A DNA stretch of 26,995 nucleotides from Candidatus Sericytochromatia bacterium (GTDB lineage: Bacteria; Cyanobacteriota; Sericytochromatia; S15B-MN24; JAQBPE01): assembly GCA_035285125.1 (NCBI GenBank), contig JAYKHR010000063.1, forward strand, positions 1-26,995. Reading direction: 5' to 3'. The notes beneath the pieces are model-generated. The model was not told the origin of the DNA. It saw nothing but the letters and a program-made list of their open reading frames with translations, and did no database searches. The stretch's first letter is position 1; each line of letters starts with the position of its first letter. The position numbers and the translations under genes are program-made. Of the stretch, positions 25,601 through 26,995 are shown in pieces.

Positions 25601-26833
25601 ATGCCTCATCCAGTGTGGAAAACAGCCCTGTCGATCGCCGGGTTGCAGGCCCTCGGGGCCTGTCAGATGGTGCTGCCGACCACGGGGGCAGGCGGTATCG
25701 CGCAAGGGGGGCCTGACGTCGGGAGCCTCATCGGCCTCGTGGGCGAGGCCGTCGGTGGGCAGGGGCTGGCATCACCACGCCCCGTCTCGCTGTCTCCCCT
25801 GGTGTCGCCGTCGCGCAGCCCCATGCCCCTGACGACACCGGCAGTTGCCGGGGGGGCAGCCTCGTCCGGACCGGCCGGGATCGTGACGACGCTGGCGGGA
25901 GATGGCACGCGAGCCCACAAGGACGAGACCGGGACGGAGGCGTGGTTCAAAGAAACCTCCGGCCTGGCCCTGGCGCCGAATGGCACCCTGTACGTGGCAG
26001 ACACCGGCAACCATCGCATTCGCAAGGTGACGCCCGACGGCGCGGTCACCACGCTGGCGGGAGCGGCCGCGGAGGGCTATGAGGACGGGGCAGGGTCGGC
26101 GGCACGGTTCAGGTCTCCGGAGGGCCTGGCCCTGGCGCTGGATGGCACCCTGTACGTGGCGGACTCCGGCAACCACCGCATCCGCGCGGTGACGCGTGAC
26201 GGCGTGGTCACCACGCTCGCGGGCTCGACCCAGGGCTACGCGGATGGTCCCGGGGCGGCGGCGAAGTTCAACACCCCCCTTGGCCTGGCGCTGGCACCCG
26301 ATGGCTCCCTGTACGTGGCGGATTCCAGCAATCACCGCCTCCGCAAGGTGGGACGTGGCGGGGTGGTCAGCACCCTCGCGGGGTCGACAGGTGGCTATGT
26401 CGACGGCGACGTGGCGACCGCGAAGTTCAAGGGCGTCCACGGCCTCGCGGTGGCGTCGGATGGCACCTTGTACGTGGCGGACTACCTCAACCAACGCATT
26501 CGTAAAGTGGCACCTGACGGCACTGTCACGACGCTGGCAGGCTCGACCAAGGGTAACGCAGATGGGCCTGGGGCGGCGGCGCAGTTCAACTTTCCCGCAG
26601 CCCTGGCCCTCGCACCCGACGGCACCGTGTACGTGGCGGACGCCCTCAACCACCGCCTCCGCAAGGTGACGCCTGCCGGGGTGGTCAGCACCTTGGCGGG
26701 GTCGATGCGGGGCTTCTGGGACGCCACCGGTGCGGCGGCGAAGTTCGCAGTGCCTCAAGGCCTGGCCCTGGCGCCGAATGGCACCCTGTACGTGGCGGAC
26801 AGGGACAACTACCGCATCCGCTTGGTTCGCTGA
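25601..26833 (+). CDS. NHL-repeat beta-propeller lipoprotein
   Basis: LGAC lipobox; six ~53-aa repeats GLALAPDGTLYVAD..NHRIRKV..G.VTTLAG. Confidence 0.92.
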   Translation: MPHPVWKTALSIAGLQALGACQMVLPTTGAGGIAQGGPDVGSLIGLVGEAVGGQGLASPRPVSLSPLVSPSRSPMPLTTPAVAGGAASSGPAGIVTTLAGDGTRAHKDETGTEAWFKETSGLALAPNGTLYVADTGNHRIRKVTPDGAVTTLAGAAAEGYEDGAGSAARFRSPEGLALALDGTLYVADSGNHRIRAVTRDGVVTTLAGSTQGYADGPGAAAKFNTPLGLALAPDGSLYVADSSNHRLRKVGRGGVVSTLAGSTGGYVDGDVATAKFKGVHGLAVASDGTLYVADYLNQRIRKVAPDGTVTTLAGSTKGNADGPGAAAQFNFPAALALAPDGTVYVADALNHRLRKVTPAGVVSTLAGSMRGFWDATGAAAKFAVPQGLALAPNGTLYVADRDNYRIRLVR

Positions 26834-26995
26834 CCACCAGGGGCCAACGGCCGTCTCCACGATGCATGCATCGGCTGCCGGTTAAGCCGGAATCCCGCAG
26901 CCTGACTTGAAAGGAGCCGGCCCCTCGTGACCTTCCGTGGTTGCGACCCTACAGAACGACACAAGGAGCCGACAGGAAGGTTCGTAACGCGCTGG

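Noticed and set aside
25880..26830. Regularly spaced DNA repeats as a possible CRISPR array or DGR template
   Set aside because: Period of ~160 bp, in frame, fully explained by NHL protein repeats; no cas or reverse transcriptase genes
26860..26873. Perfect 14-bp palindrome CGATGCATGCATCG
   Set aside because: Single copy with no loop; downstream gene is outside the window, so no function can be supported

Overview
High-GC bacterial chromosomal region. The left part is housekeeping/metabolic: argR-argG divergent from argH with overlapping promoters and ARG-box-like sites, a CBM-esterase, and the lysine-fermentation pair kce-kdd. Directly after kdd lies a ~3.4 kb decaying accessory segment (Rpn/YhgA-like nuclease with a likely intragenic start, two GNATs of which one is frameshifted, GntR and RIC/YtfE fragments). 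It is bracketed by a 123-bp, 96%-identical direct repeat of the kdd 3' end, and no integrase is visible. Next come an EF-hand lipoprotein, a LysR/TauE pair, and three adjacent signal-peptide-less genes sharing an N-terminal low-complexity leader and a (M/I)A(A/S)DxhxH motif. The right part holds an NHL-repeat lipoprotein, IorAB-like molybdoenzyme genes divergent from a linalool-dehydratase-like gene, a large Ig-like-domain/papain-like protease lipoprotein, an IS3 remnant and a second NHL lipoprotein. No rRNA, tRNA or CRISPR array was seen. All family calls come from motif recognition by eye, not from database searches.
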